Shown: positions 23,952 through 36,242 of the stretch, one piece after another
Numbering within the stretch: the stretch's first letter is position 1
Layout: each line of letters begins with the position of its first letter
DNA from: Wallemia ichthyophaga EXF-994
Lineage: Eukaryota > Fungi > Basidiomycota
Direction of reading: 5' to 3'
DNA: 62,000 bases
Assembly (NCBI RefSeq): GCF_000400465.1
Contig: NW_008806276.1
Coordinates: forward strand, 144,001-206,000
Translations under genes and position numbers: made by a program
Notes under the pieces: model-generated
The model's input: only the letters and a program-made list of their open reading frames with translations
Databases searched by the model: none
What the model was told of the DNA's origin: nothing

Positions 23952-24902
23952 CTACACAAACAACCTGAATGGATAGATGGGCTGCTTCATTTTGAATATA
24001 TAAACGAGCACACTGAATGTGACAATGAGTATTAGTGTCCATAAGTATGCAGCAGCTCTTTGTCTGCCAGTGTTTTGTATTTTGGGAACAGAAATGGTGA
24101 GAATGACGATAGTGCTGGCTAGAAGAGCATAAATAGTGCCAATTATAACAGTCTCTGCTCTATACTGGTTGGTGACTCCATTTGCAAAGTACTGAGCGCC
24201 ATTCTTAGTCATCACCATCTGTGGAGGTTTGCGTATCTGATTCCACATGTAACCAGAAGTCATAGTGAGGATGATGATGAGAGTGAGCATACACCAGGAC
24301 CATTTGGAGAAGATGAAAGGTTTAGTCAAGGTATTCCAGTTCTTCTTTGCGAATACTGCGAGGATTGTAAGGAGGACAAGGGCAATAACCGTGCTTGTGT
24401 GGTCGACAGGGCGTTTGAAAGCGAATTTAGTGGGAGAGTGAGTGTTTAAGAAGGCAACTAAACGTTCAGCGAGGAAACCATTCCTGTTAAAGTCGTACAG
24501 ATGTCCATTGAGCTGATGTGGTGGATGATAGAAGAGAGAAGGCGCGGTATTCAAGCCTAGATCGTTAAAAGTGCGCTGACCGTCCATGAAATCGAGACTT
24601 GCAAATACGATTGAGTTCTTATTGGTTGATCTTCTCCCTTTAGCTTGTTTAGCGAGTAAATGGAATTCCGGCGCGAACTTATGACAAGGAGTGCATTTCA
24701 TACGCTCATCCATCGCCGTTAACACAACTGCCACACCAAAGTCCCTCTCAGGCGTCCTTATAAGCTCGTTGTAGCTCAAATCGTCCAATTTAACAACACC
24801 AGCTTGATTTTGGGCTAAACTATCGTATTTAGATAGTAGAGCTGATTTTGCTAGTGCTATACTGGCAATTATCAAAATTGAAATAATTTCGGGTATTTTC
24901 AT
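23952..24902 (-). CDS. OST3: Oligosaccharyltransferase gamma subunit Ost3/Ost6 (thioredoxin-like domain plus TM helices)
   Basis: Signal peptide, CTPC redox-like motif, TSGYMWNQIR, QYRAET, C-terminal YPFRL. Confidence 0.9.
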   Translation of the reverse strand: MKIPEIISILIIASIALAKSALLSKYDSLAQNQAGVVKLDDLSYNELIRTPERDFGVAVVLTAMDERMKCTPCHKFAPEFHLLAKQAKGRRSTNKNSIVFASLDFMDGQRTFNDLGLNTAPSLFYHPPHQLNGHLYDFNRNGFLAERLVAFLNTHSPTKFAFKRPVDHTSTVIALVLLTILAVFAKKNWNTLTKPFIFSKWSWCMLTLIIILTMTSGYMWNQIRKPPQMVMTKNGAQYFANGVTNQYRAETVIIGTIYALLASTIVILTISVPKIQNTGRQRAAAYLWTLILIVTFSVLVYIFKMKQPIYPFRLFV

Positions 24903-24942
24903 CGTGATGGTTGCTGGTCAACGTGTTATTTCAGTTACCATC

Positions 24943-25585
24943 ATGTTGGATTACGGAGATGGCGGAGATGGCAGGCGCTATGGTCGCAACAGTAGAGATG
25001 ATCGTCGCAGCGATAAAGATGAACGGCATTGGCGGGCTGAAAGGGATATTAGGGATGGCAGGAGTCGCAGAGATGTTAGAGATGCGGACAGCAGGGGCGG
25101 CAGACGCAGGAGTAGATCTCCACGGCACAGACCGACTCGCGCAGAAACCAGCCACCACAAAGTAGGCGGTTTAGATCTACGCGACGGCTCGGCAGCAGAT
25201 CGTGAGCGTATGTTGAAACAGATCCAGTCCAAGGAAGCTGAAGAAGAGCGCAAGCGGGTTGAAGAAGAGCATAGAGCCATCGAGGAGGGCGAGAGAAAGG
25301 CCAAAGACGCAGAGCAGCGGAAACCAGAGGACCAAGAGGAGGAGGACGACGACGAGGTCGATCAAGATACCCTGGCAATGCAGCAGATGATGGGTTTCGG
25401 TGGTTTCGATTCAACCAAGGTGAGCAACGAGATTCACTGACTGAATAACACTCTCTTACAAATTAAAGGGCAAAAAGGTGTCTGGAAATGAGGAGGGCGC
25501 GGCTAAAGTACACCAGCCGCGTACTTATAGACAATACATGAATCGTGTAGGCGGGTTCAATAGAGCTCTCGATAAACCCAAGTGA
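24943..25585 (+). CDS. SNRNP27: U4/U6.U5 snRNP 27 kDa protein (DUF1777); intron 25420-25468
   Basis: RD/RS-rich N-terminus, [11 protein letters not shown]|GKKV...[18 protein letters not shown]. Confidence 0.9.
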
Positions 25586-25621
25586 TGGAGATTATACATA
25601 AGATTAATTGCACAGATTACG

Positions 25622-26370
25622 TCACTTTGTCAATATAGTCCTATGGAAATGCTCAAAGAGGTGCTGCTTCAATTTAGGCATGTTGGCGAATATCTTGCCG
25701 TTGTGGTGCGATTTTAGTGGGCTCTTTAACAGCTCTTGTTTGGCTCGGAGGGATTGTCGTAGTTGCTATGGCACCTGTTAGTTAGACTAGGTGCGTGTAC
25801 ACACTCACATCTTTTTTGCCTTCTTCGACAGCTTCAGTGACTTGGCCAAAGTCCACAAAGAAGCCTGTCGTGAATGAGTTGTAGTGTTTCTTGTTCTTCA
25901 ATCTATCTGACACCAAATCATTGCTAAAGACGTGCAAGTGGATGCTGTCCATCGATGGTACAGCGTGGAATCCTCTTCTGATTCCCCAGTGCGTTCCATA
26001 CTCACGCAGTTGTTCCTCTCGTATCGTTTCTTCTACGTCATTGTCGAACGCATCGAGCACTGCGTTGATCACGTCGTCAGGCTGCGAAAGAAGATGGTCA
26101 AGGGATCTGATGTTAAACGGCTGCCTGAGGAGAATGAGAAAGTGGTACTTGGCCTGCGATTGAGGTGAACAAGAGCGCGGATAGTGATTTGCTGAGTCAC
26201 CCACCTTTGGAAATCTGCTCTATTCATAAGCCACGTAAAGAAACCAAATGATTGGACACCCACTTATCATGAATAGTCACAGTCTTGTCGTCATACAAGA
26301 GTACCTCTGATTTGGGCAGAGACTCTGGGTCTTTGAGTGTATACTGCTTAAGCGCAAATGCAAATGACAT
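25622..26370 (-). CDS. HNT3: Aprataxin-like HIT hydrolase Hnt3; 3 introns, 10-nt micro-exon
   Basis: Spliced HDKFPKAKYHFLIL, GFHAVPSMDSIHLHV, KHYNSF, tail FANMPKLKQHL. Confidence 0.85.
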
Positions 26371-26516
26371 AGTTGAATAGACACGAGGTAATCACCAAAT
26401 CACACCACACCACTCTCACCACACAATTCAACTTTGAATGGTGATGGAAAGTGTAAAATTTGAAAGAATCAGCACCAAGCGCCCTTCATGTTATAAAAAG
26501 CTTTAAATAGACACAA

Positions 26517-27220
26517 TTAGTAACCGAACTCAGCGAGCTTAGCGTTTTGTGGAGCATCCTTGAAAGCGTTTGCACGGAGCTTGGTAGCAGCAGCCTTACG
26601 TTCGTGGTAAGCAGCACCCTTAGCCTGTGAGTGGGAATGAGTGGGTAGTTCAAATGATCAAAATAACCAATCAAACTAACCTTACGCTTAGCCTCGAGCT
26701 TGTCGACGACTTCAGCGTGTGCCCAACCGAATTCTGAGGACAAACGCTTGAGGGTACAGTACTTACGGCCTGGCTTGAGACGCAAGACACGAAGAGCTTG
26801 AGGAACAACCATTTTCTTCTTTGATTGGTAAAGTGGTGGGACACCCTCAAACACCTTGATACGTTGCATAGCAGCAGCACCCTTTGCGAGCTTGTGAGGA
26901 ATCATACCACGAACACTCTTCAAGAAGATACGGGAAGGAGCTCTGTGGTGGAATGGACCACCCTTGGAAGGCTTAACCAAGTGACGAAGACGCATGAACT
27001 TCATGTAGTCCAACTTCCTACGGAAGAAGCCACCAGACAGGTTGAGCTCCTCACAACGGACAACGACGACCTTGTTGCCGTTGAGCATGTGCTTAGCGAC
27101 GACACTGGCGAGTCTACCTGAGAAGCCTGGTGAGTCGTTTGGCCGCGGTTATTTAGCTTTCTCACCCATGAGGTGTCCCTTAGCGTCAATAATGACTGGT
27201 GCTGCTGTGTAAGTGGACAT
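26517..27220 (-). CDS. RPL16: 60S ribosomal protein uL13 (L16/L13a); two introns
   Basis: [57 protein letters not shown]. Confidence 0.97.
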
Positions 27221-27659
27221 GGTTAGTGATGGATGCTCCAGGACAAGTTTGTAATTTTGCGAGCGAGTTTCTCAGATTTACGTGAAAAATAAAGATTTAT
27301 TCATATAAATATATGGCAGCGCTTTAAATACTCGGCTCACTCTCTTCTCCTTATACATGTAATTATTATTCCATTTTCATTGATCCTCGTATGCAGATTT
27401 GATTTGAGCTGGTTTGTGAATGGAATTTAGAGTTATGAAGAGATGATTAGTATTGTAGCACTCCTGAGATTACAATGAGTATACTTGTATACTTGTTATA
27501 CACTTTTTAGCCATTTTTGGTTGATGTGATCTTACGAAGAGTGAGCATCTTACACTGAATTTCTACCGCGAGTATATCTGATATACAAGCTCACCACTGA
27601 TTTACTCAATAATCCGCACATTTCCCTTCTTCTCGAACGACCATCATCTTCTTCAATAG

Positions 27660-29640
27660 ATGAGGGCGTTGCTACGGCCTTTAAGAGTGCATAGTGTGCT
27701 GCAAGTGAACAGGAGCTACCATATGACACAGAATCACATTAAATTATTAAAAAGATCATTCACGACGCAACGACCACTCTACGAGCAGCCCAAACGAAGC
27801 GATGAGAATGATCAATGGACACAGCACACACAGCATACGCAGCACACTCAAAACACCCAAAACACCCATGATAACAGGAAATACTCCCCTTTCTTTAGAT
27901 CACTGATGCACAATCTACCACACCCCCACACGCCGACAAAAGAAGAACTCCTCGGCTTGGCTAATGGCTTCTTCGAGAGACTACGCATACGCTGGAAATG
28001 GTGGACAATTAGAGGTTTCAGAAAGTTCAATGCAGACGACGTCAGCGCTTTCATTAGCTGGCTACTCGTCGGACACATATTTTGGATTTTGATTGGTACA
28101 ACGACTTTCTTCTCTGCTATCTTTGCCACTGCAAATAGTCTAAGATTGCAGAATTACATCGCAGGTGCTATTTCTGATTATCTCACTCAAGCTACTGGTG
28201 TGAGTGTACTTTATCCACCCATTACCACACCCCACTAATAATAAATTCAGGTTACTGTCGCTTTTGAGAGTGCTATTTTACCCAAATGGAAAGACAGCCG
28301 GATATCCTTTAAAAATGTTCATGTTTCTAGGCATTCTGGTGGAGAAACTCTACCGCCCGTTCAGCCAGATAGTGCGGCGGTGCGGCGAAAGATTATCTGG
28401 GATGATCACGCACACGTACACGACGAAGATCACGATCTCACATTAAAAATTGCACCACCACCTCCTCAAGAGACTTGGACTATGTTTGATATCAATCTCG
28501 ATTCTGTGGATGTTGAACTATCACTATGGCGGTGGTTGGATGGGAAGGGATTGGTGAAGGACGCCTCAATAAAAGGTATTCGTGGTGTCTTAGATCGAAG
28601 GGGTGTAAAATGGGACTATGACAATCCACTCGATCCAAAGGATTTTAGGCACCCTCATCATCCAGGAGACTTTGAACTTGAATCACTCACTATTGAAGAT
28701 TTACTGATTACAGTGTACCAACCAGAAGATTTCAGACCTTATAATATGAGTATATTTAGAGGAGAGATAGGAACATTCAGGAAACAGTGGTTATTCCACG
28801 ACTTGCTAGCTGCATATGCAATGACTGGTCAGTTTGACAATTCGCTTTTCAGTTTGCATAAACCACAATCGATAACACGCACACACAACGCCGATGTTGA
28901 TAGAGTGACGAGATTTAGAATAGATGGTGTTGCAGTGGATCATCTTCAGGCAGCGGCGGGAATGACAGGACCAACAGCCTGGATAACTCACGGAAAGATG
29001 GACGCTGTAGTTGATATCACCTTCCCATTCCAGCAGGATGAAGATCTATTCGATGCGATAATGGAGAGTATAAATAATCTAAATTCGGCCGTGCAAGATG
29101 GAGATAGTAGAATACCTGGACAAGCACAACTTACTAGACCAGCACTCAAGTCACCCGACCAGACTGAACAGCAGGATGAACCGGCGTTGAGTAAGGAGAG
29201 GGTAGCTGTTGATATAGATTTGAGGTTCAGGGATGTCAAAGCTAGTGTGCCATACTACACAAGTGATTTAACATATACAAACAATGCACTAGTGCGGCCA
29301 ATAGTTGCATTCATAAACTCAAACCGCACACTCATACCAATATTGTCACATGTCGAGTTGCTAATTGATGAGTTTGATGGGAGTTGGACTATGTGGGAGA
29401 GTGAGTTGGAGTATAAACGTTGGAGATTTCTGAATAGAATTGCTAACATAATCAATCATAGCTGGACTGATGAGCGCAGTAAGTGATCGTATATACGACG
29501 CACTCGCGCATCACGTCACATCGACAGAAGCGAATAACCAGCGAGTCAAGTATGTAACGTTGTGGAGTCTACAATTATCGGCGAAAGGAGCAATACAAAC
29601 GCTGAAGAATATCTTAGGACAATCGAAAGCATTGTTGTAG
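27660..29640 (+). CDS. MDM31: Mitochondrial distribution and morphology protein Mdm31/Mdm32; two introns
   Basis: RLRIRWKWWTIRGFRKFNADD, GTTTFFS, PKWKDSRISFKNV, DLRFRDVKA. Confidence 0.92.
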
Positions 29641-29838
29641 CACTATTCATGTAATCATAGTCTTACGATGAGTTATGGAGCGAGGAGGGGAAAAAGAGGT
29701 TGAAATGAATGTAATATAGAACACTAATAACAGCCATACAAATCCCTCTTTGCGTCGCTCAAAAAATATTTTTTTTCGACAGAAAATATTCTCATTCAAA
29801 CGAAGGGAGGACAGCTTCCAGCTTAACAGCCAGCGACC

Positions 29839-30641
29839 ATGTCTGCAGTGAACCGCCAAGTCAGCAAGTGAGTGAGCTATTCAAACATCAGGGAATCTAA
29901 TTAACGATAAACTCAAAAAGATCCCGTAAGATCGTCCAAGACGGTGTTTTCCAAGCTGAATTGAGTGAATTCTTCACCCGTGAACTCAGTGAGGAAGGAT
30001 TCTCCGGATGTGAAGTACGTGTTACCCACGCTCGTACTGAGATTATCATCCGTGCCACCCACACACAAGAAGTTCTCGGTGAAAAGGGTCGCAGAATCCG
30101 TGAATTGACTGCACTCGTCCAAAAGAGATTCAAATTCCCTGAGAACTCTTTGGAATTATACGCTGAGAAGGTGCAAAACAGAGGTCTCTCAGCTGTCGCT
30201 CAATGTGAATCTTTGAGATACAAGCTCCTTGGTGGTCTCGCTGTTCGTCGTGCCTGTTACGGTGTTGTTAGATTCATCATGGAATCTGGTGCTAAGGGTT
30301 GCGAAGTCGTCGTCTCCGGTAAGCTTAGAGCTGCTAGAGCCAAAGCTATGAAGTTCACGGATGGTTTCATGATCCACTCTGGTCAACCTGTTAGAGACTT
30401 TGTCGATTACGCTGTTAGACACGTTCTCCTCAAGCAAGGTGTTTTGGGTCTCAAGGTTAAGATCATGAGACCACACGACCCAGAAGGCAGAGCTGGTTTC
30501 CCTAAGCCATTGCCTGACTCTGTCGTCATCGTCGAGCCAAAGGAGGAGCAACCAGTACAAGTTGTTTCTGAGAACAAGGCTAAGCCAAACGTTGAGTCAG
30601 CTTCTGCACCTGCTCAACAACAACAAGCTCAACAAGCTTAA
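29839..30641 (+). CDS. RPS3: 40S ribosomal protein uS3; intron 29868-29920
   Basis: [41 protein letters not shown]. Confidence 0.98.
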
Positions 30642-30771
30642 CCTTTGTTCAAAAATACTTGTATTTCATTCACATAAGCTTATTTCATGACGGCGTGAGT
30701 GAAATTGAATTATCTGGTATGCTTTGTGTTTTCAATGTGTTTTCAATGTCTTCTCCTTTGGCTATACCACC

Positions 30772-32316
30772 ATGTCACTCACTGCTTTTGTTAACTTCCC
30801 CTCGGAATACACGCAAGCTGCTGTGATTAGAGGATTCAAGAAATATCTACCGGATGTTCTTCTTATTACAGATAAGCCTACGGAGAAGTTACAGATACAG
30901 TATGCAGATTGTATGTGTGGTAGTCGTCGATCTTCGCCGTAGCACACACTCACATCAAACAATCCAGACGACTTGATTGAATTCGATTGGCTGATGCAAG
31001 ATACAAGTAACTGTATTGGTTCTAGTTATTGTTTCCGCAAAGTCCGTTACCTGCTCAACTATGCATACACCCACTCATCCCCGCAAATCAGGCTCTTACG
31101 CGTAAAAACTTTCTTCATCAAACTATCGAGGCTTACTTGGCTAAGATGGAGCATAGACTGTCTGTAAATGCCGTCGATCGTTCCGAAGAAGCCAATGTGG
31201 ATTTATTGCGCAATGCGATGCCAAAATGCTGGACAATAGATGTCGCTCATTCGGAGGATCTTGATGAGGTGCTAATGGATGAGCTCTACGATCTTCGTGA
31301 AAAGTTGTCCCAAGAGGGCGATCATTGGTTCATTCTCAAGCCTGCAATGTAAGCAATCATTAATTCGCCTATTGTGATATTCAATTCTCACACAACTCTC
31401 AAGGGCTGATCGTGCCAATGGTATCAGGCTCTTCAACAGTGAAGACAGTCTTCGTGAAATTTTTGCAGAATTCGATAGTGATTCAGAAGATGAAGGGGAA
31501 GATGAAGATGACGATAACCACTCAGATGAATACTCTACTGCTGTGTCTACATCGCAGCTCAGACATTTCGTTATACAGGTGATTTTAATCAATCACTCTC
31601 TTCTGCTCACGCTGACTATCGACAAGGAATACTTATCGAACCCACTTCTAATAGATCCAACGGGAAACCAGCAGTCATTCCACAAGTTCCACTTGAGAGC
31701 TTATGTTTTGTGTGTCGTAGGTGATAATTTTGAACAAGTTGTGTCAGGTCGTTTTAACTTGAAAGTACTACAGGGAAGCATAAAAGTGTACATGCCAAAG
31801 TCTATCCTAGCATTATTTGCATCTCAGTCTTACAAAAATCCAGATGAAGATCAAAGCCTATTATCTCACCTCACAAACTCATGCTTACAGGGCTCGAATA
31901 TGGATAGGGATAAATTTGTGAAATCACTGCAAGAGCTAGAGGGGTGTTATACTAATAGTGGTACGCAAATTACGTCTGATCAGATAAACAGGTGGTTGGA
32001 TAGTGCATCCAAGGTAATCGGTCAGGCTGTCAAAGGTGCTGTTGAGTCTGCGTCAGTACACTTCCAGCCTCTGCCTAATGCATTTGAGATATACGGAGTT
32101 GATTTGTTGGTCACAGATAAGGATGAGGTCAAGCTGCTGGAATTCAACGGATGTCCTGATTTCGGACAGACTGGTGATAGGTTGGCATGGATAGTGGATT
32201 ATGTTGTTGATGCGTCGTTCGAGAGTGCTCTACTGGAACTTCTCGGTCGACAATCGGCGCATGATCATCAGGAAACTGTCAAATGTCTAGATTTTGAGTT
32301 TAAGAGAGGCTGGTGA
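30772..32316 (+). CDS. Tubulin-tyrosine-ligase-family ATP-grasp protein (Pby1-like TTL domain); about 5 introns
   Basis: WFILKPAM, FVIQEYLSNPLL, FHLRAYVL, FEIYGVDLLV, LLEFNGCPDF. Confidence 0.8.
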
Positions 32317-32582
32317 AAGTTGTAAAGACCAAATACATATCATAAACTATCAAATTGATTCAATTATCGGCGAAGATAGCTCAGACATTACAGAAGACAG
32401 CGAGGAGAAGGAGGACGGTGTAAAAGGAATAGAATATCCCGTATACTTCAAGACTTATTAAATTAATTCAAAAAGCGTCTGTAAAAATTAAAATTTGTAA
32501 AGTAAATTTTGGCCGCTGTTCCCATGGGCTCACTAGTTGTTGCTCACTTAAGTCTAAAGCTTAACACGTAAAAATATTGAAA

Positions 32583-33622
32583 ATGTTGGTAATTTTATTA
32601 AATAATTGGAACTCCCGGTGCTTATTTATCTAATTTAAAGGTCTGGAGGTGTTCGCTCTGTCAACCCATTCGCTCTTCTTTGTACGGATTTTCGTAGTCG
32701 AGGAATACCCATCTAACAAATACATACAGCAGAAGACGGTGACGCTCCACGTGCTTCAGCTCCTGCTCCAGCACCTGCAGCTGCCCCAGCACCAGCACCT
32801 GCTCAACAGCAAAAGCCACGTACTCAACAGAAGCCACGCACTCAAAAGGGTGGTAAGGACTCTGGCAGAGAAGACAATGAGCCATCAGAGCGTGGTATGT
32901 TTGGCATATTACTATAAAGCATAACACTCACAAAGCTTTCAGCCCCTCGTGGTGAGCGTGGTGCTAAGCGTACCCGTCCAGCCAAGACCCCAGGTAACGC
33001 AGGTGGTCAACGTAAAGGCCGCCAATTCGACCGTCAATCACAAACTGGTCGTACTGACTCCCAGAAGCAAAAGTCTTCTTGGGGTGGTGAAGACGGTCAA
33101 AAGGAGCTCGCAACTGAAGAAGCTGGCAAAAAGGATGCCACTACTGAAGGTGCTGAGACTGTTCCAGGCACTCCTGCTGAACCAAAGGAGCCAGAAGACT
33201 CAACCAAGACTTTAGACGAGTACCTCGCTGAGCGTGCTTCAAAGAAGCTTGACATTGGTGCTCCTCAAGTTCGTAAAGCCAACGAAGGCTCAGACACTGT
33301 CACCGGCGTTCAACTTCTCCGTAACTCAAACGAGGAAGAAAACTACTTTGTTGCTCCAAAGACTCAACCAAAGGAGCCAAAGGCAAAGTCACAAAAGTCT
33401 GGCAAGGTTCACATCGAGATTGATGGTCAATTCGCTAAGGCTGAGTCCGAGCGTAGACCAAGAAACACAAACGGTAGAGGTCCTCCTCGCGGTAAAGGCC
33501 GTGGTCCTGCACCTGCTGCTGCTGGCAAGCCTCGTGGTGGTCCAAAGGGTGGTAACCGTCAAAACGCTGCTGGTGCTAACGTCAACCTTAACGACGAGAA
33601 GGCTTTCCCAACTCTTGCTTAA
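32583..33622 (+). CDS. STM1: Stm1/SERBP1-like ribosome-binding protein; start codon apparently split AT|G; introns begin at 32585, 32682 and about 32895
   Basis: Absent from the ORF track in the correct frame. Spliced SVNPFALL...RQFDRQSQTGRTD...SSWG...KTLDEYLAE...DEKAFPTLA*. Confidence 0.8.
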
Positions 33623-33836
33623 GTTGATTTTAAAGTTTTCAAACTGGTCTTAAAGAGGTGTTTTCTCATATTTTGAGATGGTTTCTGTTCTTTATTAGCC
33701 CTAAATTCATTTCCATTCCTTACTCTGATTATTTTTGTGTCGTTTAATCAAGTTGTTTGCGTCGTGAATTATATAAGCTGTCATGTCCTCAAGGCTCCTA
33801 TAATATGATTCGATTCTATATGCTTATTTTACATGT

Positions 33837-34268
33837 CTATTCCTCCACCATTTCATATAGTACATGAATACGTTCACTGCATCCACTACAACCCAATAAC
33901 TCTGATCCACGCTCCAGATCATCTGCCGTAACAATATACTCATTTCCACATCTACACGGCAAGCTGAATGTCTCCTCATCCTCACTAACATCAAACTGAT
34001 CAAGCGATACCTGCGGATAAATCCTATTTACCACTGAATTCTCATCTTTATTTAATTTCTCATCATATTCTATCTTTTGCTGCTCATCTGATAGGCATTC
34101 GTATGCTTTATAAAGCTGTATGACTTGCTCATTCGATCCGCTGCGATCAGGATGTAACGACTTGACTTTGTGCAAATAACTCGATCGTATATCTGCCTGA
34201 GTCGCTTGCTTGCTTACTTCTAAAACCTCATAATAGGTTTGCACCATCGGTGATGCTGAGGAAGACAT
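33837..34268 (-). CDS. DPH4: Diphthamide biosynthesis protein Dph4 (J domain plus CSL zinc finger)
   Basis: TYYEVL...LHPD J-domain, PCRCG and GCSGCS. Confidence 0.92.
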   Translation of the reverse strand: MSSSASPMVQTYYEVLEVSKQATQADIRSSYLHKVKSLHPDRSGSNEQVIQLYKAYECLSDEQQKIEYDEKLNKDENSVVNRIYPQVSLDQFDVSEDEETFSLPCRCGNEYIVTADDLERGSELLGCSGCSERIHVLYEMVEE

Positions 34269-34292
34269 CAGCGGTCTTCTGCGGAAACAACG

Positions 34293-35704
34293 ATGGCTGC
34301 ATTTCAGCTACACAACAAGCAAAACAATTCAAACATCACTATCACTCCCGATGATAAAGGCCTATCAATATCCTCTCCTGAGGCATCCACTTTCCACGTT
34401 GATTACTGGAAAGTTGTCAATTGCTATATAGACGATGAGAAGGTCATATATCTTTCTGTTTTGTTGTCTGAACACAATAACGAACTAGTCGACTTTTACG
34501 GCATTGCAAACGACCTTGATCAAGGAAATGAAACGCTCATTCAAGACATACGCTCGAAATCCAAACTGAAAAGTGCACGCCGTTTGAAAGCACTCGTTAA
34601 TCCAGTAGGGGGTACAGGCAAAGCTGTCGACTATTATGTTGAGACAGTCGCACCAATTCTGAAGACCTCAGGCTGTATTGTTGACATGCAAGGTAAGTTT
34701 TGGGATTGCACACTCAACCAATACTTATCCAACAAACACAAGTCCTCGAATACAAAAGACATGCCTTCGATATAGCTAAGGCATTAGAGCTAGAATACGA
34801 TGCAGTTGTTTGCGTGAGCGGAGATGGAATACTGCATGAAGTCCTAAACGGTTTCTTACATCATCAAACACCCTCAGAAGCGTTCAAGATGCCGCTTTGT
34901 CCTGTCCCTGGTGGATCTGGAAACGGCATCAGCGTTTGTGTCTTGGGAGCTGAAGATGGTCTTGACTTGAGCATCGCTGCGCTCAATGCTGCAAAAGGCG
35001 ACGCAATCCCGCTCGATCTCTTCTCCATATGGCAGGATGGTAAACGCACACTCTCTTACCTCACACAAGCGGCCGGTTTGATGGCAAGCATAGACATAGG
35101 CACCGAAAATCTGAGATGGATGGGCGATACACGGTTCACTGTGGGGTATCTCCGCTCACTCTTTTGGAATGCACCATGTCCCTGCGAGATCTACATAAAG
35201 GTCAAAGAAGACAACAAGGACGAAATGATCAAACTTTTACACGAGAAAAGGCTGGAAAAGCCTTTCTCACTGCCTGAATACACCCAAATCCCTCCTGTCA
35301 CCTATAAAAATGGACCTCAACAAGACTGGATCAAGATAAGCGATGATGTGTTTTATCTCTACGCTGGTCAGGTACCTTGGGTTAGCAAGGACTTGAAGCA
35401 ATTTCCCGTTTCCATGCCAAACGACGGCTTTATAGATGTTGCCGTTCAGCTAAATGTCTCACGTATGCACAAATTGAAGGCTATGGATGGCGCCGAGCAT
35501 GGTGCTATGTTCTTCGACGATTCATTAAAGTACTACAAAGCAAAGGCATACCACTTTAACCCTCTAGATAACTCAGGCTACCTGGCTGCAGATGGTGAGC
35601 AAATACCTTTGCTGCCATTTACTGTTGAGGTTTTGCCATCGCTTGGACGTCTTATTTCTCCATTTACTTCTTGGAATAACAGCTTTCAAGAGGATAATTT
35701 GTAA
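34293..35704 (+). CDS. Sphingoid long-chain base kinase (Lcb4/5-like), copy 1; intron 34693-34742
   Basis: VNPVGGTG, SGDGILHEVLNG, PGGSGN, LRWMGDTRF, ADGE. Confidence 0.9.
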
Positions 35705-36242
35705 TCTATTGATAAATCTTAAGTTGGTCGTGCAGATAGTGAAATTTTCGGTGTCTTGAATACATCAGACTTAAGTCAACATGCATTTTGTGCTCACAGA
35801 GTCGTTATGTTTGCCTCAGTAAAGATTAACTTGCATCAACAATATTATAATTCTCACTTGAACAAACTACTCTCAAAGGTGGACACAACGAAAGCAATTA
35901 TTACGACGAAACACTAAAATACAGCTTGATCACAATTGCCTTTATCATAGATTATGATACCCTGCTATGGAATGATATCACCGGAAACAGGGATATTTAA
36001 GCTGTCAAAATTAGTTTCTTCTATTTATGAATTATGTACTATAATAGTAAAACTTGTGTACAATTGTGAAACAATCTTATCAGCTACCAGGAATGTCTGA
36101 AATGCCAAGCGAGCACGCCAAAGGCAAGAAAACCCTTTAAAGGTGACGGCTATTGAAAGTTAAGAAATTGAAGCTATCAAAAGCCATTAAATATTTCAAT
36201 GGCTTTAAATAGGTTAAATATCCTTTGCGAGTATCCACCAAG

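Noticed and set aside
24904-24942. ORF-track start for SNRNP27 two bases from the OST3 start
   Set aside because: It begins at GTG; ATG 24943 is more plausible, although ATG 24907 cannot be excluded
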